Assembly: GCA_016432425.1 (NCBI GenBank)
Contig: CP066688.1
Span: forward strand, 642,619-706,618
From: Candidatus Daviesbacteria bacterium
GTDB lineage: Bacteria > Patescibacteriota > Microgenomatia > Daviesbacterales > UBA10151
DNA: 64,000 nucleotides
Reading direction: 5' to 3'
Both the position numbers and the translations under genes were made by a program. The stretch's first letter is position 1. Each line of letters opens with the position of its first letter. The notes under the pieces are model-generated. The model saw nothing but the letters and a program-made list of their open reading frames with translations. It was not told the DNA's origin and searched no databases. Positions 50,427-59,679 of the stretch are shown here, in pieces.

Positions 50427-51272
50427 TTCTTAAATGCCAGTGGCCAAATAGTTTTAATATTACTTTTAGTAATTACTGTCAGTCTCGGGATTGGTTTGGC
50501 AGTAATCCAGCGGTCTCTAACTGATATCTCTACTGCCTCGAATGTAGAGCTATCCTCCCGGGCTTTTTCTGCGGCAGAAGCAGGCATTGAGAGAGCTTTA
50601 AATGGGAATACTTCCGGAGTGACTGTGGGAGAAACCGGCAACAGCTCTTCTGCCACCCTGACTGACTCAGGCCTTTTGCCTTCTGCCAATCAAGCTTTAG
50701 AATACCCCCCTCTGTCTAAGGAAGATACTGCCCAATTTTGGTTAGCAGACCCCAACACTTTAAACGATTATTACACCCAAAACACCCTGGATATTTATTG
50801 GGGAACGCAAAATATTGCTGATCCTAATGACCGCCCGGCCTTAAGTTTAACCTTAATATATTTTTCTGGCGGCAAGTATCAAAGCAAAAAGTATTTTTTT
50901 GATCCTAATTCTACCCGTATCAGCACTAATGGTTTTAAAGCTCCGGACAATTGTAGCAATGTTTTAACTGCCATTACTACCAGCTACGGCAGCAACCGCA
51001 GTTTTTATTGCACTAGCAAAATTTCCAATTTACCTTCGGGACTAAAATTACTGCGGGCTAGATTTTTATATAACACTACTCCTCAGGCACTGGTAGTTAA
51101 GCCGACTGGCAGTTGTAATAATGGTTGCTCTCTTCCGCCTCAAGCCAGACTTTTTACCTCGGTAGGGATAGCCGGTAGCACTCAACGGGTATTGCAGCTT
51201 TTTAAATTGGACAAAACTGTGCCGCCATTTTTTGATTATGCAATTTTCACCGCAGGAGACTTAACTAAATAA
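50418..51272 (+). CDS. Minor pilin (PilX-like)
   Basis: SGQIVLILLL, AFSAAEAGIE. Confidence 0.85.
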   Translation: MSKFLNASGQIVLILLLVITVSLGIGLAVIQRSLTDISTASNVELSSRAFSAAEAGIERALNGNTSGVTVGETGNSSSATLTDSGLLPSANQALEYPPLSKEDTAQFWLADPNTLNDYYTQNTLDIYWGTQNIADPNDRPALSLTLIYFSGGKYQSKKYFFDPNSTRISTNGFKAPDNCSNVLTAITTSYGSNRSFYCTSKISNLPSGLKLLRARFLYNTTPQALVVKPTGSCNNGCSLPPQARLFTSVGIAGSTQRVLQLFKLDKTVPPFFDYAIFTAGDLTK

Positions 51273-51273
51273 T

Positions 51274-52305
51274 ATGGCTAAAATTAGTATTGGACTGGAT
51301 ATCGGTTTCACCTCAATTAAAGTAGTGGCACTGGATTTGAGTGCCAAACTTCCTAAAGTAATTTCTTTTGGTTCAATTGTTTCCCCTCAGCCGGGTATTT
51401 CGTCCGAGGCAGATATTGAGTTAGAGGCAGTGGCCACAGCCATTAAAAACTTGCTCCAGGCAGCCAAAATTGAGGGTAACGAGGTGACTATTGCCTTACC
51501 TGAGTCAAAAATTTTTACCAGAGTAATAGATGACTTGCCGCCTTTAACTGATAAAGAACTCGCCTCAGCCATTACTTTTGCCGCGGAAGAATTTATTCCC
51601 CTACCGGTGAGTGAGCTTAGTTTAAATTATCAAGTTTTATCCCGGTCCAAAGAGAAAACTTCCAAAACAGTAGTTTTGGTGGTAGGCAGCCCCACCGGTC
51701 TCATTAACAAATATATTAAAGTTTTGAACCTAAGTAATTTAAAACCTAAAGCCATTGAAACTGAAATTATTGCTGCGGCCCGCTCCCTGGTGGGTAACAA
51801 TCCCCTTTCCCCTACTACTTTAATTTTACAAATGGGTGCCTCCACCACTGATTTTGCCGCGGTCTCTCATGGGATGATCTGGCAGACCCGTTCCATCGCT
51901 ACCGGCGGCTTGGCGCTGACCCGGGCCTTGGCAGCCCATTTAAATTTTGAGCTGCCCCAGGCAGAAGAGTATAAAAAAACTTATGGACTGGTGCAAGATG
52001 CACTGGCAGGTAAGGTATTTGAGGGCTTAAAACCGGTAGCTGATATTATTGTGGGTGAAACTCGGCGGGTGATCCAATCATATGAGACAAAATATCCCCA
52101 AGATAAAATTAAGCGGGTGATTCTTTCCGGTGGTGGTTCAAAATTGCCGGGGTTTGTCATCTATTTTGCCAACAATTTAGGGGTAGAAGTTCAAGACGGT
52201 GATCCCTGGGCAATGTTGGCTAAAGAACCGGCTCTGTCAGCCAAATTAGCTAGTGCCGGTTCACTCTACACAGTGGCAGTGGGGTTGGCTTTAAGGGAAC
52301 AGTAA
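51274..52305 (+). CDS. pilM: Type IV pilus alignment protein PilM
   Basis: IGLDIG, actin-like fold, ILSGGGS, VAVGLALR. Confidence 0.93.
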   Translation: MAKISIGLDIGFTSIKVVALDLSAKLPKVISFGSIVSPQPGISSEADIELEAVATAIKNLLQAAKIEGNEVTIALPESKIFTRVIDDLPPLTDKELASAITFAAEEFIPLPVSELSLNYQVLSRSKEKTSKTVVLVVGSPTGLINKYIKVLNLSNLKPKAIETEIIAAARSLVGNNPLSPTTLILQMGASTTDFAAVSHGMIWQTRSIATGGLALTRALAAHLNFELPQAEEYKKTYGLVQDALAGKVFEGLKPVADIIVGETRRVIQSYETKYPQDKIKRVILSGGGSKLPGFVIYFANNLGVEVQDGDPWAMLAKEPALSAKLASAGSLYTVAVGLALREQ

Positions 52306-52306
52306 T

Positions 52307-52855
52307 ATGGCTAAAAATCTTAGCATTAATTTATTGCCAGTTGAATATGCTCAAGTTTATGCCGCAGATGAGCGTTTCCGAAAAATCCAACGGATTGGTA
52401 TTAGTATTTTAGTACTGTTGATTTTTCTCTCTTCCACCACTTTCGCCCTGTCTTTATTGCAAAATTCTAATATTTTACAAGCTCAAGCTAAATTACAGGT
52501 AGAAGAAAGTGCCATTAATAAATTTAAGCCTCAAGAAGAGTCAGTGATACTGCTTAAAGATCGTTTAAACAGTCTGCAAAAACTTTCCACTGCTCCCTCT
52601 CAAAGTTCTGCGATGTACAGTTTAGTGGATGCTTTAATGTCTGCCTCAATCAGCCCGACATTGATCGTCACTGATACCTCAGGTAATCTCTCTTTAAGTT
52701 TAGCTACTACCAATAGCAGTGAGATAGATAATTTTATTGCCAGTTTAACTAATCCGCAAAAAAATCAAAACTTAGTTTCCAAAGTAGATGTAGAAAGTTT
52801 ATCCCGAGGCAAAGACGGATTATATAGGGTGAATTTAAAAATATTTAGTAAATGA
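52307..52855 (+). CDS. pilN: PilN-like protein
   Basis: INLLP motif, TM, coiled coil. Confidence 0.85.
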   Translation: MAKNLSINLLPVEYAQVYAADERFRKIQRIGISILVLLIFLSSTTFALSLLQNSNILQAQAKLQVEESAINKFKPQEESVILLKDRLNSLQKLSTAPSQSSAMYSLVDALMSASISPTLIVTDTSGNLSLSLATTNSSEIDNFIASLTNPQKNQNLVSKVDVESLSRGKDGLYRVNLKIFSK

Positions 52856-52958
52856 CTAAACGATGGTTACTAAATATTAGGAAGAGGTCGAACTAGACTT
52901 TTCGTGAGAGAAAACTAAATAGCAAATTATAGTTTATTCAGAAAAGTCTAAGAAGAAT

Positions 52959-53678
52959 ATGGAATTTGATAAAGAAGAAATTTTAAAATTTTATACTCAA
53001 AATAAGCTGGTAATTTTTCCGGCATTAGTCATTATTTCCAGTTTGTTGATTATGATACTGGTAGTTTACCCTACTTTATCAGGGCTACTTTCCAGCAACC
53101 AAAAATTAAATGACCTGCACAATAAATCTCAGGTCTTGACTGCCAAAGCCGCGGAGCTGGCCAGCTTAAACCAAACAGAGCTAAACAATAATTTGCGAGT
53201 TTCTACTTCAGCTTTGCCTACTGACCAAGATTATGCCAGTGCCTTTGGGACAATACAATCTCTGTCTGCTATGAGTGCTTATAGTATTACCTCAGTACAA
53301 ATTGTCCCCAATTTACCAGCGGGATTTCCCTCTAAAATCCCCGGTTTTACCCTAAAAGTAGAGATGTTGGGTTCCAGGGCTACTTTAAATACTTTTCTTT
53401 CTGCTTTAGAAAGTTCTCCCAGGGTAATGAAGGTAGCGGGATTTGAGGTGAACCCTGCCAAAACCGGCAATACCATTAATGTAGTTGTTAATATTGCGGT
53501 ATTTTATTCCCCCAGCCCGCGCAGTTTAGGTAGTGCAGATGTTCCTCTCCCCTCAATAACCAGTGAGGATAAGGCTGTGATTGCTAATTTAGCTAAAGCT
53601 AATACCATTATTAATCAAGGATTGGGTGAGCCTCTGGAAACTTATGTTTCCAAGGGCAAATCAGATCCGTTTAATTAA
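52959..53678 (+). CDS. pilO: PilO-like protein
   Basis: TM, coiled coil, ALP, FLSALESSPRV, C-terminal GKSDPF. Confidence 0.8.
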   Translation: MEFDKEEILKFYTQNKLVIFPALVIISSLLIMILVVYPTLSGLLSSNQKLNDLHNKSQVLTAKAAELASLNQTELNNNLRVSTSALPTDQDYASAFGTIQSLSAMSAYSITSVQIVPNLPAGFPSKIPGFTLKVEMLGSRATLNTFLSALESSPRVMKVAGFEVNPAKTGNTINVVVNIAVFYSPSPRSLGSADVPLPSITSEDKAVIANLAKANTIINQGLGEPLETYVSKGKSDPFN

Positions 53679-53682
53679 GAGT

Positions 53683-54354
53683 TCATCTCAATAAATCCGG
53701 TCTTACTTTTTTAGTTTTCTCTAGAGATTTTTCCTTGCGCCATTTTTCGATCTCAGCATGATGCCCGGATAGGAGAACTGCCGGGACTTTTTCTCCTTCA
53801 AATTCTTCCGGCCTGGTATATTGGGGATACTCTATCAAATTCTTGGTAAAGGATTCATTAATAGTAGCTTCTTCTTCTAAAACTCCGGGAACGAGTCTGG
53901 TGACAGAATCCACAATAACCATGGCAGGAATTTCTCCCCCGGTTAAAACATAATCTCCAATGGAAATTTCCAGATCGATATATTTATCAATGAAGCGTTG
54001 GTCCACGCCTTCGTAATGACCACAAATAATGACCAGGTGATCAAGTCGGGAAAATTTTTGAGCCGTAGCTTGTTTGTAAGGAGTGCCGGAGGCTGAGGTT
54101 AAAATAACTTTTGCTTTTTGGTTTTTGCCTCTTACTTTTTTTAACGCAGCTGAAAGAATATCTGCTCTCAGGATCATCCCTTTTCCTCCACCGTAAACTC
54201 GGCCATCCACTGTTTTTCTCTGACCCTGCCCAAAATCCCTTAAATTTACCACTTCAAATGCTACTAAGCCTTTCTTGCTAGCTTTACGCAGCATAGAGGA
54301 ATTTAGGATGTCAGTAAAAACTTCTGGGAAGAGGGTGATGATAGAAATCTTCAT
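53683..54354 (-). CDS. trmD: tRNA (guanine-N1)-methyltransferase
   Basis: ITLFPE, CGHYEGVDQR, SIGDYVLTGGE, EYPQYTRP. Confidence 0.97.
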   Translation of the reverse strand: MKISIITLFPEVFTDILNSSMLRKASKKGLVAFEVVNLRDFGQGQRKTVDGRVYGGGKGMILRADILSAALKKVRGKNQKAKVILTSASGTPYKQATAQKFSRLDHLVIICGHYEGVDQRFIDKYIDLEISIGDYVLTGGEIPAMVIVDSVTRLVPGVLEEEATINESFTKNLIEYPQYTRPEEFEGEKVPAVLLSGHHAEIEKWRKEKSLEKTKKVRPDLLR

Positions 54355-54390
54355 AAGAATATTATTATTGTCATTCTGAGCTGTGCTCCT

Positions 54391-54645
54391 TTAGGATGAC
54401 ACAGCGGGGTTTGCCGACTCGCTAAGTTGTAAATTTACTCTAACATTTTCGGCAATGGCCCGGACAGTAAGTAATTTCCGGATGGCTCTAATGGTTTGTC
54501 CGCCTTTGCCAATAACCATCCCCATATCAGTTGAATCTACTGTTAAAATAAGGGTGACATTACTACCCTCATTTTGCTCCTCAATAGAGACAGCCTCTGG
54601 TTTGGAAACTAAATTAGTGACAATGTAATTAAGCAGATCCTTCAT
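54391..54645 (-). CDS. khpA: KH-domain RNA-binding protein KhpA
   Basis: DMGMVIGKGGQTIRAIR; located between rpsP and trmD. Confidence 0.9.
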   Translation of the reverse strand: MKDLLNYIVTNLVSKPEAVSIEEQNEGSNVTLILTVDSTDMGMVIGKGGQTIRAIRKLLTVRAIAENVRVNLQLSESANPAVSS

Positions 54646-55063
54646 TTTTTTCTTCACCCTCCTCCGAAGTGTTTGCTGGGGTAGTTTCTTTTATAGGAGT
54701 CTCAATTGGAGCTTCGTTAGCTTCACTAGTTGGCTGTTCTTCTACTGGTTGTTCAGATTTTTCTTCTGTTGAAGTAACTACGGGAGTTGGTGCTTCTTTA
54801 TTTTCTTTCTTAGGTTTTCTAGCCGGCCGCTGCGGAGCTTTACCCACCATTCGCAAATATCCATCAGACATTTGCGCCCCTTGTTTGGTCCAATGGTCGA
54901 TTCGGTCCTGTTTTAAGTTAATTTCATGAGGCTCTGTTAAGGGGTTATAAGTACCCAAAAGCTCCAAATACTCTCCGCTTCTTTTACTGCGTTCATCAAT
55001 AACTACGACCCGGTAAAAAGGTCGTTTCTTGGCCCCAATTCTCATTAAACGGATCTTAAGCAT
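54629..55063 (-). CDS. rpsP: 30S ribosomal protein S16 with acidic tail
   Basis: MLKIRLMRIGAKKRPFYRVVV..LGTYNP. Confidence 0.96.
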   Translation of the reverse strand: MLKIRLMRIGAKKRPFYRVVVIDERSKRSGEYLELLGTYNPLTEPHEINLKQDRIDHWTKQGAQMSDGYLRMVGKAPQRPARKPKKENKEAPTPVVTSTEEKSEQPVEEQPTSEANEAPIETPIKETTPANTSEEGEEKNEGSA

Positions 55064-55108
55064 GGAGTTAAGTATATCTGAAAGCCAGCTGAGCGTCAAC
55101 CGCAAAAG

Positions 55109-55771
55109 TTATTTTGATTTTTCTAAGGCTTCTTTGGCTGCTTGTTCTTCTGCTTCTTGTTTGCTGGATCCGCTGCCTTTGCCTAACTGTTTCTCCTTTA
55201 CAAAAACCCCTACTGTAAACTTTCTGGCATGGTCTGGGCCGGTGGTGGCCAGGATTTTATATATGGGAGAGACTTTTTGTTTAGTTTGTACTACTTCTTG
55301 CAGTAAGGATTTATCATCTTTGGGCGGCCCGCTTTTTAGCTCTTCTTCAAATAAACTAAAAAGTGTTTCCTCCACAAATTTTCGGGCTGTTTCAATCCCC
55401 TGGTCCAAAAACAAAGCCCCCAGATATGCTTCATAAGTATTGGCTAGAAGTTGAGTATTATTTCTGCCTCCGGAGGTCTCCTCTCCTTTGGAAAGATAAA
55501 GTTTCTCCCCCAGTTTCAGATTTTTGGCAGCTTTGGCTAGACTTTCAGTTTTGACCATGTAAGAGCGTAAGTTTGTTAAATCCCCTTCTTCATCAGAAAC
55601 TCTCAATTTAAAAATATGTGTTGAGACTATAAAAGATAAAATGGCATCCCCTAAAAATTCCAGGCGTTCGTTAGAAGGTAGCGCCTCTTTGGATTCATTT
55701 AAATAGGAGCGATGGGTAAAAGCTTCTTTGGCTAAATTAGGATTATTAAATTTAATGCTGCTCCAGTTCAT
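55109..55771 (-). CDS. rnc: Ribonuclease III
   Basis: NERLEFLGDAIL signature plus dsRBD. Confidence 0.97.
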   Translation of the reverse strand: MNWSSIKFNNPNLAKEAFTHRSYLNESKEALPSNERLEFLGDAILSFIVSTHIFKLRVSDEEGDLTNLRSYMVKTESLAKAAKNLKLGEKLYLSKGEETSGGRNNTQLLANTYEAYLGALFLDQGIETARKFVEETLFSLFEEELKSGPPKDDKSLLQEVVQTKQKVSPIYKILATTGPDHARKFTVGVFVKEKQLGKGSGSSKQEAEEQAAKEALEKSK

Positions 55772-55774
55772 ACC

Positions 55775-56008
55775 TTAATCAATCATGTTATCCTCGACCA
55801 ATATAATTAGGTCATTAACTGTATCCAGCTCTTTGATATCTTCCGAGTCAAAGGCGATGTTAAATCTTTTTGAGAGGTCAGAGAGTAAATCGTTTAACTC
55901 AAGGGGGCCCAAATTTAAATCCTGCCTCAAGGAGGCAGTTTTATCAATATCCTCTGGGGACAACCCCAAATGTTCGGCAATAGCTTGAATAATTTCCGGC
56001 TGGCTCAT
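55775..56008 (-). CDS. Acyl carrier protein-like protein lacking the conserved Ser
   Basis: ACP pattern (IAEHLG..DLNLGPLEL..F.I..TVND), acidic, upstream of rnc. Confidence 0.75.
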   Translation of the reverse strand: MSQPEIIQAIAEHLGLSPEDIDKTASLRQDLNLGPLELNDLLSDLSKRFNIAFDSEDIKELDTVNDLIILVEDNMID

Positions 56009-56370
56009 ACGATGATTTTTTCCTCTTCAATTAGTTTACCTAAAACACCATTCACAAATCCAGGACTGGACTCACTACCATATTGTTTACCAAGTTCGAC
56101 TGCTTCGTCAACTACCACTTTTGGGGGGATGTCCTTTTTGTACATTAATTCAAAGAAGCTTAAACGTAAAATACTTAAATCAATTTTGTTAATTTGTCGC
56201 AAAGGCCACTGGGGAGCGCATTTTTCCACTAATTTATCAATTTCCGGTAAATGTTTAATAATTTCTGCTGCAGTACTGCTGGGTCTGTTTTTGTGGGTAA
56301 AGTCAAAGGTAAACAACTCCTGCATTAACTTGACTCTTTTTAGGTGCCTCGGGTCAGTTTTACTTTTCAT
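56005..56370 (-). CDS. nusB: Transcription antitermination factor NusB
   Basis: IDLSILRL..E, VVVDEAVELGK, FVNGVLG. Confidence 0.95.
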   Translation of the reverse strand: MKSKTDPRHLKRVKLMQELFTFDFTHKNRPSSTAAEIIKHLPEIDKLVEKCAPQWPLRQINKIDLSILRLSFFELMYKKDIPPKVVVDEAVELGKQYGSESSPGFVNGVLGKLIEEEKIIV

Positions 56371-56380
56371 CAGAGTAAAT

Positions 56381-56578
56381 TTAAACTTTGGTTATTTGGA
56401 CTTTTGAAGCTTGGACTGTTTTGCCTTTGTAAAACCCACAATTCTTGCAAGCGATATGAGGCAGCAAAGGTTTGCCACAATTTGGGCATGAGATTAAAGC
56501 AGTGTTTTTTAACATAATTGCTGCTCGTCTAGTTCTTTTTCTGGACTTTGAATGTCGACGCTTAGGTTCCTGAGCCAT
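56381..56578 (-). CDS. rpmF: 50S ribosomal protein L32
   Basis: PKRRHSKSR, CPNCG..PHIACKNCGFY. Confidence 0.96.
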   Translation of the reverse strand: MAQEPKRRHSKSRKRTRRAAIMLKNTALISCPNCGKPLLPHIACKNCGFYKGKTVQASKVQITKV

Positions 56579-56583
56579 AATTT

Positions 56584-58620
56584 TTAATCTGGCATTACTT
56601 CTCTAGCCAGATTTGACAATTTTGCCTTAAGATTAGGGTAGTTGTCAAGCTGGGGGTCAATTTGCAGTAAATTCTCTGCTGCGGTTTTAGTTTTTTCAAT
56701 TAACTTTAAATCAGTTAAATCAGCAATTTGAAAATTCCATCTGCCGCTCTGGGCTATGCCAAAAATAGTGCCTGAGCCACGGATTTTTAAATCCAACTCT
56801 GCTAATTTTAAGCCGTTATAAGTGGTAGTTAAATATTTTAAGCGGGCAGTTTCAGAGGTTCCCCCACTGGTAAAAAGCAGACAAAAAGATTCTTTCGCTC
56901 CCCGTCCAATTCGCCCCCGTAATTGATGAAGCTGGGCCAAGCCAAACTTTTCCGCCCCTTCAATGACCATGATGGTGGCATTGAGTATATCTACTCCCAC
57001 CTCTACTACTGAAGTAGAAACTAAAATTTGCACTTTTCCCTCTCGGAAATCTTGCAACACTGCCTCTTTTTCTTTAGCTTTAAGCCTGCCATGAAGCAGG
57101 CCCAATTTTAAATGCGGGAAGATTTTTAATAGCCTCTCATATTCTACCTTGGCTGCTTTGGCTGAGACATTGGTTTCGGAGGGTTCGATCATGGGGGTAA
57201 TGATATAAGCTTGGCCACCGGCCTTAACTTTTTTCTCAATAAACTTATAAGCATCAGAGCGTTTTTTCTCTGGTACCAAATGAGTACTAATTTTGGGGCG
57301 ATTTTTGGGTAACTCATCAATCACTGATAAATCTAAATCTCCATATAAAGTTAGGGCTACGGTTCGCGGGATAGGAGTGGCGGTCATGGTTAAAAAATGG
57401 GGCACTTTGGCTTTTTGCCGCAGGTAGGATCGCTGCTCCACCCCAAAACGGTGTTGCTCGTCAATGATGACTAGACCTACATTTTTTGTAACTAATTTGT
57501 CGGATAAAAGTGCATGAGTCCCGATGATTACATCTCCGGATCCTGCCGCTAAATTTTTTCTGCTGCCAGTATATATACCAACACTTATTCCAAATGGTTC
57601 TAGCAGCTTTTTTAAGGTTTCATGATGTTGCCAGGCCAGGATTTCCGTGGGAGCCATTAGCAGTGTTTGAAAACCATTTAAAAAAGCCAAATAGGCAGCT
57701 GCAACTGCCACCACTGTTTTGCCGGAGCCTACTTCTCCTTGTAATAACCTATTCATGGGCAGCTCTTTTTTGAGGTCACTGATAATTTCACCTAAAACTT
57801 TTTGCTGGGAGTTAGTTAATTGAAAAGGCAAACTGTGGATAAATTTATTGAGTTGGGCAGAATCTATTTGCCATGGTTCGACTACTTTCTTTTGTTGCCA
57901 AGCCAATCTGGTTTGCAGGGTGGCCAGTTGCACTAAAAACAGCTCATCAAATCCGAGGCGTTCTTGGGCTTGGTTTAACTCCTCCCAATTTTTCGGGAAG
58001 TGAATTATTTCTATAGCCTCATCTAAAGACTGCATGCCGTTTTTGATTTGGTCCGGTAAAAACTCAGTAATTTCATTTTTAACTTGAGGCAAAATTTTAT
58101 GAATTTGACTGCGGAACCATTTGGAATTTACTCCAAAAATTTCAGAATAAATAGGCACTAATCTTCCGGTATGTAATCCATGTAATCCCGATGTTTCTAC
58201 CTCTCCAACCCCCGGTGTTGGTAAGCGCTCCCAGACGGGGGCAATAATGGATAAGTTGTTTTTGTATAAAGAGACCTTGCCGGCAATTTGCAGTTTGGTC
58301 CCGGCGGGAAGGGTTTTGGGTAAATATGATTGGTTAAACCAAGTTAGCTCCAAAGAGTGAGATCCGTCATTAAATAAAGCTTTGGTGATTACTTTGCGGG
58401 TTCTGGTGTAACTATTTTTAATCTGCCAAATTTCCCCTACTAGCGTTACTTTCTCCCCTGGCTGAAGCTCAGAGGCAGTTTTGACAGTGGATAAATCTTC
58501 GTATCTAAAAGGGAAATAATAAATTAAATCTTCTACAGTGAACAGTTGTAGCTGGGCTAATCTCTTGCTCAAAGTCAGACCAATACCAGGAATTTTTACT
58601 AAAGGAGTTTTTAAATCCAT
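56584..58620 (-). CDS. recG: ATP-dependent DNA helicase RecG
   Basis: RLLQGEVGSGKT, DEQHRFG, MTATPIPRT, QLHQLRGRIGRG. Confidence 0.97.
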   Translation of the reverse strand: MDLKTPLVKIPGIGLTLSKRLAQLQLFTVEDLIYYFPFRYEDLSTVKTASELQPGEKVTLVGEIWQIKNSYTRTRKVITKALFNDGSHSLELTWFNQSYLPKTLPAGTKLQIAGKVSLYKNNLSIIAPVWERLPTPGVGEVETSGLHGLHTGRLVPIYSEIFGVNSKWFRSQIHKILPQVKNEITEFLPDQIKNGMQSLDEAIEIIHFPKNWEELNQAQERLGFDELFLVQLATLQTRLAWQQKKVVEPWQIDSAQLNKFIHSLPFQLTNSQQKVLGEIISDLKKELPMNRLLQGEVGSGKTVVAVAAAYLAFLNGFQTLLMAPTEILAWQHHETLKKLLEPFGISVGIYTGSRKNLAAGSGDVIIGTHALLSDKLVTKNVGLVIIDEQHRFGVEQRSYLRQKAKVPHFLTMTATPIPRTVALTLYGDLDLSVIDELPKNRPKISTHLVPEKKRSDAYKFIEKKVKAGGQAYIITPMIEPSETNVSAKAAKVEYERLLKIFPHLKLGLLHGRLKAKEKEAVLQDFREGKVQILVSTSVVEVGVDILNATIMVIEGAEKFGLAQLHQLRGRIGRGAKESFCLLFTSGGTSETARLKYLTTTYNGLKLAELDLKIRGSGTIFGIAQSGRWNFQIADLTDLKLIEKTKTAAENLLQIDPQLDNYPNLKAKLSNLAREVMPD

Positions 58621-58658
58621 GAGGGCATTATATAACTAGATTAAAGTATGTGTAAGAC

Positions 58659-59642
58659 TTAACTTCCAACCTTTTTAACTATTTTTCCAAGCAAATGGCC
58701 GGCGCCTCTGGCAACTGTAGCTAATTTGGTAGGTGGTGCATTACCGTCATCTGGCTCTGGTGTTTCTTCTGGAGCTTTTGTGTCTTCCGCTATTTCACCT
58801 TCAGGAGTGAGTTCGACTGGAGAAATAGTTACGATTGGAGTTGGCTCCGGGGTTCTTAAATGGTAAATATCTAAAGCTCGGTTATAAATTTCTTTGTCCT
58901 CATCAGTACTGGCTGCTTCACTAATTTTTTGAATCAATTGGTCTTCTAATAAACCGGCAGCAGTTTCAAAGACTGCCTGATCCCACTCCTCATCACTAGT
59001 GAATCCTTCCTTGTTAAACTCGGGTTCTACATCTGCATATTGAATTAAACCGGACCTTAAGGATACCTCCACTTCTTCTTTAGTCATCTGGCCTGAGGCA
59101 ATCACTTTTTCTCTATCTTCAGCTTTAACTAAATCTGCACCATATTCTCTAATCTTTTCTGCTAAATGATAGGCTGCTAAGTTTTTATCCTCATCAGTAA
59201 TCTCCTTGATTTCTTCTACTTTTTCAGCAAAATTTCTAAAATAATCGATTACCGCCATAGTTTGATCATGCCTGTTGCCTAAGGCTTTTAAATAGTTCTC
59301 CTTTGGATCTCCCCCATCATTTTGAGTATAATCCTCGGCTTTAGTATTAACTTGATTGTCAAAATGGTCATCATCTTGATAAAAACCATTGAGCCAGAAA
59401 TCAGTCCTTTCTTGACTAACTTTTTGTAAATCGGCTAAATGTTGGGTTAAATCATCTTGTTCCTGGGAAGTCTTGTAACTTAAGATATTTTTTAAAGTGT
59501 CAGATTCAACCAAGGTTGTTAACCTGTCTTGTATTTTGGTACGAGCTTGTCTTAAGTTTTGCAGAGCAAATTGCCTCAGACTGGTTTTATAGACGTTGTT
59601 ATCAGGAGTTAAAAAAACTAATTCACGCCTTTCAGTAATCAT
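58659..59642 (-). CDS. Acidic helical hypothetical protein
   Basis: 327-aa ORF, no recognised motif. Confidence 0.7.
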   Translation of the reverse strand: MITERRELVFLTPDNNVYKTSLRQFALQNLRQARTKIQDRLTTLVESDTLKNILSYKTSQEQDDLTQHLADLQKVSQERTDFWLNGFYQDDDHFDNQVNTKAEDYTQNDGGDPKENYLKALGNRHDQTMAVIDYFRNFAEKVEEIKEITDEDKNLAAYHLAEKIREYGADLVKAEDREKVIASGQMTKEEVEVSLRSGLIQYADVEPEFNKEGFTSDEEWDQAVFETAAGLLEDQLIQKISEAASTDEDKEIYNRALDIYHLRTPEPTPIVTISPVELTPEGEIAEDTKAPEETPEPDDGNAPPTKLATVARGAGHLLGKIVKKVGS

Positions 59643-59679
59643 TGATACCGCTAATTATCTCATAGTGTTTTTAAAAAAG

